Source: Lysobacterales bacterium (GTDB lineage Bacteria; Pseudomonadota; Gammaproteobacteria; Xanthomonadales; SZUA-36). From it: a stretch of 64,000 bases of DNA. Location: NCBI GenBank assembly GCA_033791845.1, contig JASJFX010000095.1:21855-85854 (forward strand), read 5' to 3'. The notes under the pieces were generated by a model that did no database searches, was not told the DNA's origin, and worked only from the letters and a program-made list of their open reading frames with translations. Shown here piece after piece: positions 1 through 11,077 of this stretch; position 1 is the first letter of the stretch; each line of letters opens with the position of its first letter. A program made the translations under genes and the position numbers.

Positions 1-1276
1 CCGGTATATAGTCGCGCTCAGACGCACCTGCATAAACCTGTCTCGGGCGGCCAATAGGTGTTCCCACTTCTTCCTGTTCCAGCCATTGAGAAACCCAACC
101 GACCGTTCTTGCAATAGCAAACATGACTGTGAACATGCTGGTAGGAATACCAAGCGCTTTGTAAATAATTCCAGAGTAGAAGTCGACGTTCGGGTAGAGT
201 TTCTTGCTTATGAAGTAATCATCCTGCAGTGCAATTCGCTCCAACTCCATAGCCAGCTCTAACAATGGATCAGTGCTGCCCAACTCCTCCAGGACCTCGT
301 AAGCCGCCTTACGGATAAGGGTTGCCCTAGGATCAAAATTCTTATATACCCTGTGTCCAAAACCCATCAGCCGGAACGGGTCATTCTTATCTTTGGCCCG
401 GTCAATGAACTTGCCCACGCGTGAGACGTCACCAATCTCATCGAGCATGGTCAATACCGCTTCATTGGCGCCGCCATGAGCGGGGCCCCACAATGCCGAG
501 ATACCAGCAGCAACACTGGCATAAGGATTGGCACCTGTTGAACCGACCAGCCTGACAGTTGAAGTACTGGCGTTCTGCTCATGATCAGCATGCAATATAA
601 ACAGCAGATCGAATGCCTTGGCGGCAACCGGGCTGACTATATATTCCTCGGTCGGAACCGAGAACATCATGTCAAGGAAGTTCTCTGTGTAATTCAGCGA
701 GTTGTTCGGATAAGCAGTCGGCCAACCCATGTGATGCCGGTAACATGATGCGGCAATGGTTGGCATCTTGGCAATCATGCGTTTGGCTGCCAGCATACGG
801 TGTTCAGGGTTTTCCATGTCCATCTTGTCATGATAAAACGCGGCCAGCGAACCCACTACACCGGCCATCATGGCCATCGGGTGCGCATCATAATGAAAAC
901 CGCCAATAAAAGATTTCAGTCTTTCATGGATCATCGTGTGGTAGGTGATTTCTTTTTGGAATTCTGCGAATTCATCAGCGGTAGGTAATTCGCCTTGCAA
1001 CAAGAGGTAGGCAACTTCCAGGAAGGAACTTTGTCCTGCGAGTTGCTCAATCGGATATCCGCGATAGCGTAATATACCTTTCCCGCCATCAATAAAGGTG
1101 ATCTTACTAGTACAGCTGGCGGTAGCTGTAAAACCCGGATCGTAGGTGAAATAACCCAATGTTGAAGGCAAGGCCTTTATCTGTAAACAGGGCTCACCTT
1201 CGGTACCTTTGATGACAGGCAGTTCAAGGCTTTTGCCACTAGTCTCGTCTGTGACGGTTACGCGTTGATCGGACAT
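1..1276 (-). CDS. gltA: Citrate synthase, type II (C-terminal few residues run off the window edge)
   Basis: Own translation of the minus strand from ATG (complement of 1274-1276): [27 protein letters not shown]...GYPIEQLA...[18 protein letters not shown]...[14 protein letters not shown]. These are classic citrate synthase motifs. The ORF is open at the window edge, so it is absent from the ORF track. Confidence 0.85.
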   Translation of the reverse strand, partial: MSDQRVTVTDETSGKSLELPVIKGTEGEPCLQIKALPSTLGYFTYDPGFTATASCTSKITFIDGGKGILRYRGYPIEQLAGQSSFLEVAYLLLQGELPTADEFAEFQKEITYHTMIHERLKSFIGGFHYDAHPMAMMAGVVGSLAAFYHDKMDMENPEHRMLAAKRMIAKMPTIAASCYRHHMGWPTAYPNNSLNYTENFLDMMFSVPTEEYIVSPVAAKAFDLLFILHADHEQNASTSTVRLVGSTGANPYASVAAGISALWGPAHGGANEAVLTMLDEIGDVSRVGKFIDRAKDKNDPFRLMGFGHRVYKNFDPRATLIRKAAYEVLEELGSTDPLLELAMELERIALQDDYFISKKLYPNVDFYSGIIYKALGIPTSMFTVMFAIARTVGWVSQWLEQEEVGTPIGRPRQVYAGASERDYIP

Positions 1277-1395
1277 TGGAACACTCCTTGTGAGTTAGCA
1301 GGGCAGGTATTACGACTGCGAATCGATTAGATCTCTTAACATATAGCGACCTGCGAGTATCTCACAATTTTCATGTTTTTTCCTTTTTCACGCAC

Positions 1396-1432
1396 AACAA
1401 AAAGCCCGGAATGGACAAAGCCATACCGGGCT
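1396..1432 (-). terminator. Rho-independent terminator downstream of rpmE2
   Basis: On the minus strand, AGCCCGG...CCGGGCT forms a hairpin followed by TTTTTGTTG. Confidence 0.6.
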
Positions 1433-1452
1433 GTATTCTTAATTTGTCGGAG

Positions 1453-1695
1453 CTATTTCTGGTAACGGCGTTTAAAACGGTCTACACGACCACCGGTATC
1501 CATCAATTTATGCTTGCCGGTATAAAACGGGTGTGAGGCGCTGGAGACTTCCACTTTGATCAGCGGATACTCATTACCATCTTCCCATTTGATAGTTTCT
1601 TTACTGTGTACAGTGGAACGGGTCAGGAACGCAAAATCTGATGAGAGATCCTGAAAAACCACTTCACGATATTTTGGATGTGTGTCAGCTTTCAT
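1453..1695 (-). CDS. rpmE2: 50S ribosomal protein L31, type B (Cys-less, zinc-independent form)
   Basis: 80 aa: MKADTHPKY...HPFYTGK...[10 protein letters not shown]. There is no CxxC motif. Confidence 0.85.
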   Translation of the reverse strand: MKADTHPKYREVVFQDLSSDFAFLTRSTVHSKETIKWEDGNEYPLIKVEVSSASHPFYTGKHKLMDTGGRVDRFKRRYQK

Positions 1696-1767
1696 GACAA
1701 TTTCCGGTATTCAATAGGCTAAAGAGCCGGCTAGTTTAACGACCTGCATCAGGCAATGCAAGACCCA

Positions 1768-2934
1768 TTAGGGTAAAAACATCTGTTGAGTATCGTTCAC
1801 AAACCTCCACCCCAGTTCCGTGGGGCAGACACGCTCGTCACGGACCTCCAGCAAGCCTTTTTCAACGGCTTTATGCACACGTGATTCGACAACACTCCAG
1901 GGCAGGCCGGTTCGCAAGCTGAAATCATCGATAGTGACCCCATGTTTTAATCTCAGCTGATTAAGGAAAAATTCGAAAACAAGCTCCCCGTCGCTCAATA
2001 CACGCGTTTCGCCCCGCCAATCTCCATTTTGCAGTCCCTGCATATAACGCCGGGGATGCCGGTGCTTGGCGTAGCGCTGCACCCGCCCATCGGCCGCTGT
2101 TGTAATTTTTCCATGCGCCCCCGCTCCAACTGCCAGAAAGTCTCCGTAGCGCCAATAATTCATATTATGACGGCTTTGCTTTTCAGCTTGCGCAAAGGCA
2201 GATATCTCATATTGCCCGTAAGCATTGACTTCGAGCATATCCAACCCGCTTTGCTGCATATCCCAGGCCATGTCATCGACCGGTAACTTTGGTGGTTGAG
2301 CCGCAAAAGCAGTATTTGGCTCAATGGTTAACTGGTAAAAAGAAATATGTGAAGGACCCGCGTTGATCGCCAGCTCAATATCTTGCCTTGATTGATCGGG
2401 ACTCTGACCGGGAAGCGCAAACATCAGGTCAATATTGAAATTGGAGATTCCAGCCGAGCTCAAAGACTTTAAACTCTGTTCTATTTCACGCCGGCCATGA
2501 ATACGGCCTATGGATTTAAGCAGCTTGTCATCAAAACTTTGCACGCCCAGGGAAACCCGGTTGATTCCAGCTTGGGCATAGGCGCTAAAACTATCCCGTT
2601 CGATTGTCCCGGGATTGGCTTCCAGGGTGATTTCTACATCCGGCCTCAAATCCAGCCGGGCTCTCGCTGCTGAAAGAAAACCCGCGATCTGGTCAGCCGA
2701 GAACAGGCTGGGTGTGCCACCACCAAAGTAAATGCTTTGCACCGGACGCCCCCAAACCAGCGGAAGGTCCTGTTCGAGATCAGCAACGAGTGCCTGGATA
2801 TAATTTTCTGCAGGAAGCTCATCAGGTACGGTATGCGAGTTGAAGTCACAGTAGGGGCATTTGCGTACACACCAGGGCATATGAACATACAGGCTTAAGG
2901 GTGGGTTACGTAATAATCCGGTCATTCCTCTCAC
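1768..2934 (-). CDS. hemW: Radical SAM heme chaperone HemW (HemN-like, YggW family); start may be 2925
   Basis: LSLYVHMPWCVRKCPYCDFNSH carries the CxxxCxxC radical SAM motif. It lies downstream of rdgB, the conserved gene order. Confidence 0.85.
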   Translation of the reverse strand: MRGMTGLLRNPPLSLYVHMPWCVRKCPYCDFNSHTVPDELPAENYIQALVADLEQDLPLVWGRPVQSIYFGGGTPSLFSADQIAGFLSAARARLDLRPDVEITLEANPGTIERDSFSAYAQAGINRVSLGVQSFDDKLLKSIGRIHGRREIEQSLKSLSSAGISNFNIDLMFALPGQSPDQSRQDIELAINAGPSHISFYQLTIEPNTAFAAQPPKLPVDDMAWDMQQSGLDMLEVNAYGQYEISAFAQAEKQSRHNMNYWRYGDFLAVGAGAHGKITTAADGRVQRYAKHRHPRRYMQGLQNGDWRGETRVLSDGELVFEFFLNQLRLKHGVTIDDFSLRTGLPWSVVESRVHKAVEKGLLEVRDERVCPTELGWRFVNDTQQMFLP

Positions 2935-3535
2935 GTAACTGTCTGACCAGTTCCCTCAGTGCCTGACCACGATGACTGACATGACTTTTTTCTGCCGGGA
3001 GCAGTTCGGCTGCAGACTGCTGCCTGCCATCATCTGTTCCGGCGTTGATGCCAAACAAGGGGTCATAGCCAAAACCACCCTCGCCCTGCGCCGCCAGCAG
3101 AATACGTCCATACCAGCGTCCGGTCGCCAATAATGGTGCGGGGTCATCAACCGATTGCACCAGGACCATGGCGCAAAAAAAACAGGCATCCCGCTCAGCT
3201 CCTTGTTTACCGGATAATTCAGCGAGCAGTTTGCGATTATTGGCCTTATCATCCGCGTCATTCCCGGCATAACGGGCAGAATATATACCCGGTTCACCGT
3301 TGAGCGACGCTACGACCAGTCCGGAGTCGTCGGCCATACTGGGTAGTCCTGTATGCCCCGCAGCCTGGCGCGCCTTGATTAGTGAGTTCTCGATAAATGT
3401 GCTGGCGGTTTCTTCTGCCTCCGGCACCTGCCAGTCACTTTGCGGGTGTACAACAAAACCCAGGGGACTGAGCATGGCGACAATTTCACGCAGCTTGCCC
3501 TGGTTACCACTGGCCAAAACGTATTCACGGTTCAT
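2906..3535 (-). CDS. rdgB: dITP/XTP pyrophosphatase (Ham1/RdgB family)
   Basis: VLASGNQGKLREI...ETASTFIENSLIKAR...ADDSGL...GEPGIYSARYAG...FGYDPLF. Confidence 0.9.
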   Translation of the reverse strand: MNREYVLASGNQGKLREIVAMLSPLGFVVHPQSDWQVPEAEETASTFIENSLIKARQAAGHTGLPSMADDSGLVVASLNGEPGIYSARYAGNDADDKANNRKLLAELSGKQGAERDACFFCAMVLVQSVDDPAPLLATGRWYGRILLAAQGEGGFGYDPLFGINAGTDDGRQQSAAELLPAEKSHVSHRGQALRELVRQLRERNDRIIT

Positions 3536-3556
3536 GACTTGTCTACAGACCGGAGT

Positions 3557-4273
3557 TCAATTTGACAATGCTGAAGACTGCGCTTCCATGAGTCCCCTGA
3601 TACCTTTGTCTGCCAATTCCAGCAGTTGGTCCAATTCATCCTTGCGGAACGCATGACCCTCTGCCGTACCCTGCAACTCGATAAATCCGCCACCATCATT
3701 CATCACAACATTCATATCTGTTTCCGCGCGGGAATCCTCGGGATAGTCAAGATCAAGCACGGGTGTGCTATTAAATATGCCGACAGAAACAGCGGCCACC
3801 TGGCCATGTACGGGGTCTTTTTTAATTTTATTATTGGAGAGCAGCCACCTGCAGGCATCAACCAGCGAGACATACGCACCGGTGATGGCTGCTGTTCGGG
3901 TTCCACCGTCTGCCTGCAATACATCGCAGTCCAGTGTGATCGTATGCTCGCCGAGGGCAACACGATCGACTACGGCCCGCAAAGACCTGCCAATAAGCCT
4001 TTGAATTTCCATGGTCCGTCCGCCCTGCTTACCGGAAGAGGCCTCACGGCGCATTCTCGAGCCTGTCGACCTTGGCAACATACCGTACTCTGCCGTGACC
4101 CAGCCTTCACCACTGCCTCTCAGAAACGGGGGCACCTTGCTTTCAACTGATGCGGTACACAAAACCCTGGTATTGCCGCAAGCAATCAGCACCGATCCCT
4201 CAGCATGACAAGTGTAATTGCGCAAAATGCTGACAGGGCGTAACTCATCTAATCGTCTACCACTGGGTCTCAT
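3557..4273 (-). CDS. rph: Ribonuclease PH
   Basis: The internal Met start gives [30 protein letters not shown]...[15 protein letters not shown]. This is the typical RNase PH length (~238 aa). The upstream 70 codons of the ORF have no homology-like features. Confidence 0.9.
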   Translation of the reverse strand: MRPSGRRLDELRPVSILRNYTCHAEGSVLIACGNTRVLCTASVESKVPPFLRGSGEGWVTAEYGMLPRSTGSRMRREASSGKQGGRTMEIQRLIGRSLRAVVDRVALGEHTITLDCDVLQADGGTRTAAITGAYVSLVDACRWLLSNNKIKKDPVHGQVAAVSVGIFNSTPVLDLDYPEDSRAETDMNVVMNDGGGFIELQGTAEGHAFRKDELDQLLELADKGIRGLMEAQSSALSN

Positions 4274-4396
4274 TGGCTGATCCTGTTTGTCTGGTCCAAA
4301 AAATACAGAGTTATTTATAAAGGTTTCTATTCTCAGATAGCCACCCCGCAGGCTAACCGGTAACATTGTGCCACTGTCTGCAAAGTGGAAAAAGCA

Positions 4397-5266
4397 ATGA
4401 TTCGAAGTATGACTGGTTTCGCGCGGGTTGAGCACCAATATGATTTTGGTCGCCTGAGCTGGGAAATGCGTTCTGTTAATCACCGCTATCTTGATTTTGG
4501 ACTTCGTCTGCCGGAAGAATTCCGACCACTGGAGTCTGGTATCAGAACCTGTCTTGGACAGTATTTGAGCCGTGGAAAAATCGAAGCCACGTTACGTTTT
4601 AACACGGAGCCAGGTGCCATCAGCAGTGCACTGCAGCTTAACCAGGGTCTGGCAAGAGAGCTTCTTAGGGTACATGGTGAAATCGCCCGACTGGCGGGGT
4701 TTGAGCAGCAGGCGGATATCAGCCGAATTCTCAAATGGCCTGGCCTGATCGAGGAAAGACGTCCTGACCCCGCACCGTTGCAAGCCGCAGCAATGGACTT
4801 GCTGGTCGAGGCGGCCAGGGAATTGCAGGCAGGGCGGGCACGTGAAGGCGAGCAGATGGCTAACGCCATCCGTGAGCGGCTGGCGGGAGTAGCGGCATTA
4901 ACGGCCAGGATCAGACATTGGCTGCCGGAAATCCGCGCCGGTCTGAGGCAAAAAATGCTGGAGCGTGTGGCTGATCTGAAACAACCGCTTGATCCGGGCC
5001 GGATTGAACAGGAAGTCGTTATCCTGAGCCAGAAAATTGACGTTGATGAAGAACTGGACAGGCTGGATGCGCATGTTGAGGAAGTTTACCGGGTACTGGA
5101 TCTGGAAGAGCCTGTTGGCCGCAGGCTGGATTTCCTGATGCAGGAGTTCAACCGCGAATCAAACACTCTCAGCTCAAAATCAATTGATCAACGTACCACG
5201 CAAGCCGCCGTGGACCTGAAAGTGCTTATAGAGCAAATGCGTGAGCAGGTACAGAATGTCGAGTAA
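4397..5266 (+). CDS. yicC: YicC family stress-induced protein
   Basis: N-terminus [10 protein letters not shown]-terminus [13 protein letters not shown]...[18 protein letters not shown]. It is divergent from rph, as in enterobacteria and pseudomonads. Confidence 0.85.
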   Translation: MIRSMTGFARVEHQYDFGRLSWEMRSVNHRYLDFGLRLPEEFRPLESGIRTCLGQYLSRGKIEATLRFNTEPGAISSALQLNQGLARELLRVHGEIARLAGFEQQADISRILKWPGLIEERRPDPAPLQAAAMDLLVEAARELQAGRAREGEQMANAIRERLAGVAALTARIRHWLPEIRAGLRQKMLERVADLKQPLDPGRIEQEVVILSQKIDVDEELDRLDAHVEEVYRVLDLEEPVGRRLDFLMQEFNRESNTLSSKSIDQRTTQAAVDLKVLIEQMREQVQNVE

Positions 5267-5891
5267 CACTACTCAAAAAGGCAGTCTTTTTATTATTGCT
5301 GCACCGTCCGGTGGCGGAAAAACCAGCCTGGTAAACGCCCTGTTGAAGCATGACCCCCGGCTGGTACTTTCCATTTCCCATACCACCCGTTTGCCAAGAC
5401 CGGGTGAGATAGACGGTCAGCATTACCGTTTTGTTTCCGAAGCGGAATATGACCAAATGGTCAATGATGGCGACTTCATGGAGCACGCCCGGGTATTTGA
5501 TTACCACTATGGAACCAACCGGAATTCCGTGGCAATACAACTGGAACAGGATCGCGATGTCATACTCGAAATCGATTGGCAGGGCGCGCGCCAGGTGCGA
5601 AAAGCTTTTCCGGCATGTTGTCTGATTTTTATCATCCCCCCTTCCCTAGAAGTTTTGCGAAAAAGGCTGACCGGTCGCGGACAGGATAGCGAAAAAGTAA
5701 TACAACGAAGGATGCGGGACGCACAGGCCGAAATATCTCATTGGGCTGAATTCGATCACCTGGTCGTCAATGACAACTTTGATGCAGCACTTGAAGAACT
5801 GCGCTCAATCATCAATGATTACCGCAATCAACAACCGCATAAAGTAAATAAAAATCACCTGCTTCTGGCACAGCGGCTCGGAAGAAGTTAA
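5256..5891 (+). CDS. gmk: Guanylate kinase
   Basis: P-loop [10 protein letters not shown], then [22 protein letters not shown]. Confidence 0.9.
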   Translation: MSSNTTQKGSLFIIAAPSGGGKTSLVNALLKHDPRLVLSISHTTRLPRPGEIDGQHYRFVSEAEYDQMVNDGDFMEHARVFDYHYGTNRNSVAIQLEQDRDVILEIDWQGARQVRKAFPACCLIFIIPPSLEVLRKRLTGRGQDSEKVIQRRMRDAQAEISHWAEFDHLVVNDNFDAALEELRSIINDYRNQQPHKVNKNHLLLAQRLGRS

Positions 5892-5929
5892 AATTCACGG
5901 TTCCGTCTAACACATACACAGGATTTAAA

Positions 5930-6193
5930 ATGGCACGAATTACCGTAGAAGACTGCCTTGAGAACATCGACAACCGTTTTGAACTGGTTTTGACAGCAAC
6001 AAAACGCGCCCGGCAGATTGGCCATGGCGCCGAGCCGTTGGTCCAGGAAGAAAACGACAAACCCACCGTAATTGCTCTGCGCGAAATCGCGGAAGGCCTT
6101 ATCGATGCAGAGGGCGTGGATGTTCTCCAGGCTAAAATCGAAGCTGCCGAAGAGTTTGACATGAGCCCCATGGAGGACGATTTAGCCCCCTAA
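5930..6193 (+). CDS. rpoZ: DNA-directed RNA polymerase subunit omega
   Basis: [30 protein letters not shown]. Confidence 0.95.
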   Translation: MARITVEDCLENIDNRFELVLTATKRARQIGHGAEPLVQEENDKPTVIALREIAEGLIDAEGVDVLQAKIEAAEEFDMSPMEDDLAP

Positions 6194-6352
6194 CCCGCTT
6201 GTGCACCAGCCGGCACAGGGCCGCAACCCATCTTACTGAATTTAAAAGGAAATACTGTGATTTCGACTGTATATCCAAAAGTACAGTTTGTAAAAGGCCC
6301 TAAACCTATCCCGGTTATGGCTTGTTCAGCTGCGGGCTAACGGAGTTTTTGC

Positions 6353-8488
6353 ATGCTCGCGACCATTACAGGTTTACCGGAGCCGGTTCTTGATCTGAGG
6401 GACCTTCTCAATACCTACCTTGAACCGGAAAAGGTCGCCACTATTCTCCGCGCATTTGAGGTTGGCGCAATTGCGCACCAGGGTCAAACCCGTAAAACCG
6501 GCGAACCCTATATATTTCACCCGATCGCCGTGGCCCGCATCCTCGCCAATATGCGTATGGATTACAGCAGTGTGGCCGCCGCCATCCTCCACGATACCAT
6601 CGAAGACACCCCGTTAACCCGACAGGAAATCGAATCCCGGTTTGGCGAAGAGATTGCTGACCTCGTGGACGGGGTGACCAAGCTGGATAAAATGAAATTC
6701 CGTACCCGGCACGAGGCCGATGCGGAGAGCTTCCGCAAGCTGATGCTGGCGATGTCGCGGGACCTGAGAGTCATATTCATCAAGCTGGCAGACAGAATGC
6801 ACAACATGCGTACCCTGGGTTCAATGAACCCGCAGTCGCGTCGCAGAATCGCACGTGAAACGCTGGATATATATGCTCCCATCGCCGACCGCCTGGGCAT
6901 GAACAGCATCAAGTCAGAATTGCAGGACCTGGGTTTTGCCAACCTTTACCCCTGGCGGCATCGCACCATCGCCGAGCATATCAGTACGGTTACAGGTGAC
7001 CGTAGCGAGATCATCGCGGACATCCATAAAGCGCTGAAAAGGAAAATGAACGAGGCAGGTATTCCCTGCGACATCAAGGGCAGGGAGAAGACACCCTATA
7101 GCATTTACCGGAAAATGCTGGCCAAAGACCTTTCCTTTTCCGAAGTTAATGATGTCTATGGGTTTCGTATCATCACGCACTCTGAACCGCATTGTTATCT
7201 TGCCCTCGGAGCAATTCACGGACTATATCGCCCAAAACCGGGGAGATTTAAGGATCATATCGCCCTGCCGAAAGCCAACGGTTACCAGTCTTTACACACG
7301 ACACTCAACAGTCCGTTCAACCTTCCCGTTGAAATCCAGATCCGTACAGGGGAGATGGATGTTCTGGCCGAACAGGGCGCGGCTGCTCATTGGCGCTACA
7401 AAAGCGGTGAAACCACATCGGGATCAGCCCAGGTGCGGGCGCGTGAGTGGCTGATGCAGCTGGTTGAAGTACAACGCCACAGCAACGACTCAATGGAGTT
7501 TCTGGATGGCGCAAAGTCTGACCTGTTTCCGGACCAGATTTTCATTTTCACACCCAAAGGGAAAATTATTGACCTGCGAAGAAGCGCAACCGCCCTTGAC
7601 TTCGCATATGCCATCCATACCGGTGTCGGCAACCACACCCGCAGTGTATGGGTGGACAAAGTTGAAGTGCCTTTATCGACCCGGCTGGAAAACGGGCAGA
7701 CTGTCAAAGTCATCACCGACGACAATGCCCATCCCATTCCCGAGTGGCTGGAATTTGTAAATACTGCCAGAGCGCGAACGGCCATACGTTATTACATCAA
7801 GAGCCTCGAGCAGGCGGATACCGTGGCGCTCGGTCTGCGTTTGCTGGAAACCGCGCTCAATGGCCGCGGCTCCGACCTTGATGCGGTACCTGCAAAACGC
7901 ATGAACCAGTACCTGAAAGACAATAATTTTGCACGTCAGGAAGATCTGTTGACGGAACTGTCTCTTGGCAACCTGCTATCAAGCGTAGTGGCGGCCAAGC
8001 TCGCACCTGAAGTAAGCAGTACACTCGGATCCGAGGAACAGACCGAGGCACTCTCGATCGCCGGCTCGGAAGGCAGCGCGGTGACGTTTGCCGCCTGCTG
8101 CCGTCCGGTACCCGGCGATAACATCATGGGTTATCTGTCTGCCGGTAAAGGGGTGGTAGTCCACCGCGTAAACTGCAGGAATGTAAGGGAGTTTCGCAAA
8201 CACCCGGACCACTGCATTGATGTGACCTGGGCCCCCATCCGGAGCGGGATGTTCGAAGTCGCCTTACACATATTGGCCAAAAACGTCCCCGGTGTTCTGG
8301 CCAATATCTCGACCAGTATTGGCGAAGCCGGTAGTAATATTGAAAAGATCGAGCAGCCCGAATCAAACCGTGAAATAGCCAAATTACTGTTTATTATCAG
8401 TGTAAGGGATCGTGACCATATGGCACATGTCATGCGGCGGCTGAGACGTAACCGCAATGTGACCCGTGTCAGCCGAATCAATGCCTGA
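6353..8488 (+). CDS. spoT: Bifunctional (p)ppGpp synthetase/hydrolase
   Basis: HD hydrolase motif (HPIAVARIL...LHDTIEDT), RelA/SpoT synthetase core, and TGS and ACT-like C-terminus. Sits in gmk-rpoZ-spoT order. Confidence 0.92.
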   Translation: MLATITGLPEPVLDLRDLLNTYLEPEKVATILRAFEVGAIAHQGQTRKTGEPYIFHPIAVARILANMRMDYSSVAAAILHDTIEDTPLTRQEIESRFGEEIADLVDGVTKLDKMKFRTRHEADAESFRKLMLAMSRDLRVIFIKLADRMHNMRTLGSMNPQSRRRIARETLDIYAPIADRLGMNSIKSELQDLGFANLYPWRHRTIAEHISTVTGDRSEIIADIHKALKRKMNEAGIPCDIKGREKTPYSIYRKMLAKDLSFSEVNDVYGFRIITHSEPHCYLALGAIHGLYRPKPGRFKDHIALPKANGYQSLHTTLNSPFNLPVEIQIRTGEMDVLAEQGAAAHWRYKSGETTSGSAQVRAREWLMQLVEVQRHSNDSMEFLDGAKSDLFPDQIFIFTPKGKIIDLRRSATALDFAYAIHTGVGNHTRSVWVDKVEVPLSTRLENGQTVKVITDDNAHPIPEWLEFVNTARARTAIRYYIKSLEQADTVALGLRLLETALNGRGSDLDAVPAKRMNQYLKDNNFARQEDLLTELSLGNLLSSVVAAKLAPEVSSTLGSEEQTEALSIAGSEGSAVTFAACCRPVPGDNIMGYLSAGKGVVVHRVNCRNVREFRKHPDHCIDVTWAPIRSGMFEVALHILAKNVPGVLANISTSIGEAGSNIEKIEQPESNREIAKLLFIISVRDRDHMAHVMRRLRRNRNVTRVSRINA

Positions 8489-8515
8489 GGAACTCAACAG
8501 GCAGGAGCACATCAA

Positions 8516-8896
8516 ATGAGCAAGAACATTATCAGTACCGACAAGGCACCACAGGCCATTGGCACCTACTCACAAGCCGTTAAGAACCAGGGGCTGGTCT
8601 TCATTTCCGGGCAGATTCCGCTTGACCCTGTCAGCATGGAGGTTGTCGAAGGCGGAATCGAAGCCCAGATCAGACGGGTATTCGATAATCTTTCAGCCGT
8701 TTGCATTGCAGCGGGCGGATCACTGGATGATATTGTCAAACTGGGTGTGTTTCTAACCAACATGAACGACTTCCCACAGGTCAACAGCATCATGGGCCAG
8801 TATTTCACCGCACCCTATCCGGCACGCGCCGCCGTCGAAGTATCTGCGCTTCCCAAGGGTGTTAATGTCGAAATGGATGCCATACTGGGAACCTGA
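8516..8896 (+). CDS. ridA: RidA/YjgF family reactive-intermediate deaminase
   Basis: [12 protein letters not shown]...[10 protein letters not shown]...[14 protein letters not shown]. Confidence 0.85.
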   Translation: MSKNIISTDKAPQAIGTYSQAVKNQGLVFISGQIPLDPVSMEVVEGGIEAQIRRVFDNLSAVCIAAGGSLDDIVKLGVFLTNMNDFPQVNSIMGQYFTAPYPARAAVEVSALPKGVNVEMDAILGT

Positions 8897-8974
8897 TGGA
8901 CCTGGCATGACCTTACCACCGGTCAAATCAAGCGGGTTCCCTGCTAGCCCCTTACCTAAGCGGCAATTCCAGCA

Positions 8975-11056
8975 TTGATATCCACTCGATCCATTGCATT
9001 GACGGACCTGCAAGGCGTAGGGCCAAAACTCGCGGAAAAACTGGATGTTCTTGGAATCAGCCAGGTATCCGATTTGTTGTTTCACCTTCCAATCCGTTAT
9101 GAGGATCGCACCCGCATCCACGACATTGGCAGCTGCACACCCGGTCAGAGGGTATTGATCGAAGGCAGGATTGAGCATTCCGCCATCGTTCGCGGGCGCC
9201 GTTCCATGCTGGTGGTGGTCCTGTTTGACGGAACCGGCCGTATTACGCTGCGGTTCTTCCACTTTCGCGTCTACCAGAAACAACAACTGGCCAGTGGCAC
9301 GCAGTTGCGTTGTTTTGGCGAGATCAGGGCCGGATACCAGGGTCTGGAAATGATACATCCGGCGTACCAACGCCTCGGCGGACAGGGTCAAGAACCGGTC
9401 GCCGACCGCTTAACGCCCGTATATCCCAGTGCCGAGGGTCTGGGTCAGAAAAACTGGATAAGAATGACAGACCAGGCGCTGGCGTTAATGCGCCGGAACC
9501 AACTTGAACTGGAAGAACTGCTGCCCCCTTCATTGTTGGATCGGCTTAAGCTGATGCCTCTGGCTGATGCGCTGGATTATATTCACCGCCCACCGCCCGA
9601 CGCCGACGTCACTGCACTGATCCAGCGTGACCACCCCACTCAAAAACGTCTTGCCCTTGAAGAGTTGCTGGCTCACAACCTGGGTATGCAAAAGCTGCAC
9701 CGTTTACAACGGGCACGAAAAGCGCCTGCAATGCCGCCAGGCTTACCGGCCGAGAACGACTTCAGAGAGCGTCTGGTGTTCAAACTGACCGGGGCGCAGC
9801 AGCGGGTTGCCAGGGAAATTCATCACGACCTGGAACAGGGCAGGCCGATGTTAAGACTGGTTCATGGTGATGTAGGCTCCGGAAAGACCGTGGTCGCGGC
9901 ACTGGCAGCTTTGAGAGCGGCAGATAATGGATATCAGACCGCAATCACCGCGCCAACCGAATTACTAGCGGAACAACACTACCGGGTTTTCAGCACATGG
10001 CTCGAGCCATTGGGGATCAAACCCGTGTGGCTGAGCGGAAAGGTCACCGGTAAAAAGCGGGTCGAAGCACTGCAGAGAATCAGTACTGGAGCAGAGCTTG
10101 TCATCGGAACCCATGCCTTGATGCAAAAGGGGGTTGAGTTCAGTCGCCTTGGGCTGGTCATCGTCGATGAACAACACCGGTTCGGTGTAGACCAGCGTAT
10201 GGACCTGCTGGAAAAAGGGGGCAAATTCAACCAGCAGGCCCACCAGTTGATCATGACGGCGACCCCCATTCCACGCACACTGGCCATGACGGCATATGCC
10301 GGAATGGATATCTCTGTCATTGACGAGCTACCACCCGGCCGGAAACCGGTAACAACCGTGGTCATGTCCAATGAACGCCGCGACGAAATCATTCGGCGGG
10401 TTGCCAATGCATGCGCGGGTAAGCAACAGGCTTACTGGGTATGTACATTGATTGAAGAATCTGATGTTATCGAAGCACAGGCGGCCGAGGATGTCGCCAA
10501 GCATCTTCAGAACGATCTCAAGAAGCTTAACATAGGCCTGATCCACGGCCGTTTGAAGCCGGCCGATAAACAAAGAATAATGGATGAATTCAAAATCGGC
10601 AGAATTCAGCTGCTGGTCGCCACGACCGTGATCGAGGTCGGCGTAGACGTGCCAAATGCCTCGTTGATGATCATAGAAAATGCAGAGCGACTGGGGTTGG
10701 CCCAACTCCATCAATTGCGCGGGCGGGTCGGGCGCGGTACCGCAAAATCCAGTTGTGTCTTAATGTACAACCCGCCACTTGGTGATCTCGCAAAGCAACG
10801 CATGGAGATCATGCGGCAAACTTCAGACGGATTTCAGATTGCAGAAAAAGACCTTGAGTTGCGTGGTCCGGGAGAAGTTCTCGGAACCCGGCAAACCGGC
10901 ATGCTGCTATTCCGGGTAGCCGACCTGGCGCGTGATGCCGGTCTCCTGAAAATGATACCCGGTGCTGCAGACAAGCTTTTAAAACAACACCCCGAACAGG
11001 CGGATAAACTGATTCGCCGCTGGATCGGTGATGCCTCACGTTTCGCCGGGGTTTAA
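8975..11056 (+). CDS. recG: ATP-dependent DNA helicase RecG (TTG start)
   Basis: Wedge domain LPIRYEDRT, Walker A GDVGSGKT, DEQHRFG box, QLHQLRGRVGRG. Confidence 0.92.
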   Translation: MISTRSIALTDLQGVGPKLAEKLDVLGISQVSDLLFHLPIRYEDRTRIHDIGSCTPGQRVLIEGRIEHSAIVRGRRSMLVVVLFDGTGRITLRFFHFRVYQKQQLASGTQLRCFGEIRAGYQGLEMIHPAYQRLGGQGQEPVADRLTPVYPSAEGLGQKNWIRMTDQALALMRRNQLELEELLPPSLLDRLKLMPLADALDYIHRPPPDADVTALIQRDHPTQKRLALEELLAHNLGMQKLHRLQRARKAPAMPPGLPAENDFRERLVFKLTGAQQRVAREIHHDLEQGRPMLRLVHGDVGSGKTVVAALAALRAADNGYQTAITAPTELLAEQHYRVFSTWLEPLGIKPVWLSGKVTGKKRVEALQRISTGAELVIGTHALMQKGVEFSRLGLVIVDEQHRFGVDQRMDLLEKGGKFNQQAHQLIMTATPIPRTLAMTAYAGMDISVIDELPPGRKPVTTVVMSNERRDEIIRRVANACAGKQQAYWVCTLIEESDVIEAQAAEDVAKHLQNDLKKLNIGLIHGRLKPADKQRIMDEFKIGRIQLLVATTVIEVGVDVPNASLMIIENAERLGLAQLHQLRGRVGRGTAKSSCVLMYNPPLGDLAKQRMEIMRQTSDGFQIAEKDLELRGPGEVLGTRQTGMLLFRVADLARDAGLLKMIPGAADKLLKQHPEQADKLIRRWIGDASRFAGV

Positions 11057-11077
11057 ATCGGGTTGTGTGTTTCTGAC

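Noticed and set aside
3626-4150. 174-aa plus-strand ORF and neighbouring short ORFs
   Set aside because: They are antisense to rph and contain no motifs.
8753-9391. 212-aa minus-strand ORF bridging the ridA 3' end and recG 5' end
   Set aside because: It overlaps two well-supported plus-strand genes and has no recognisable features.
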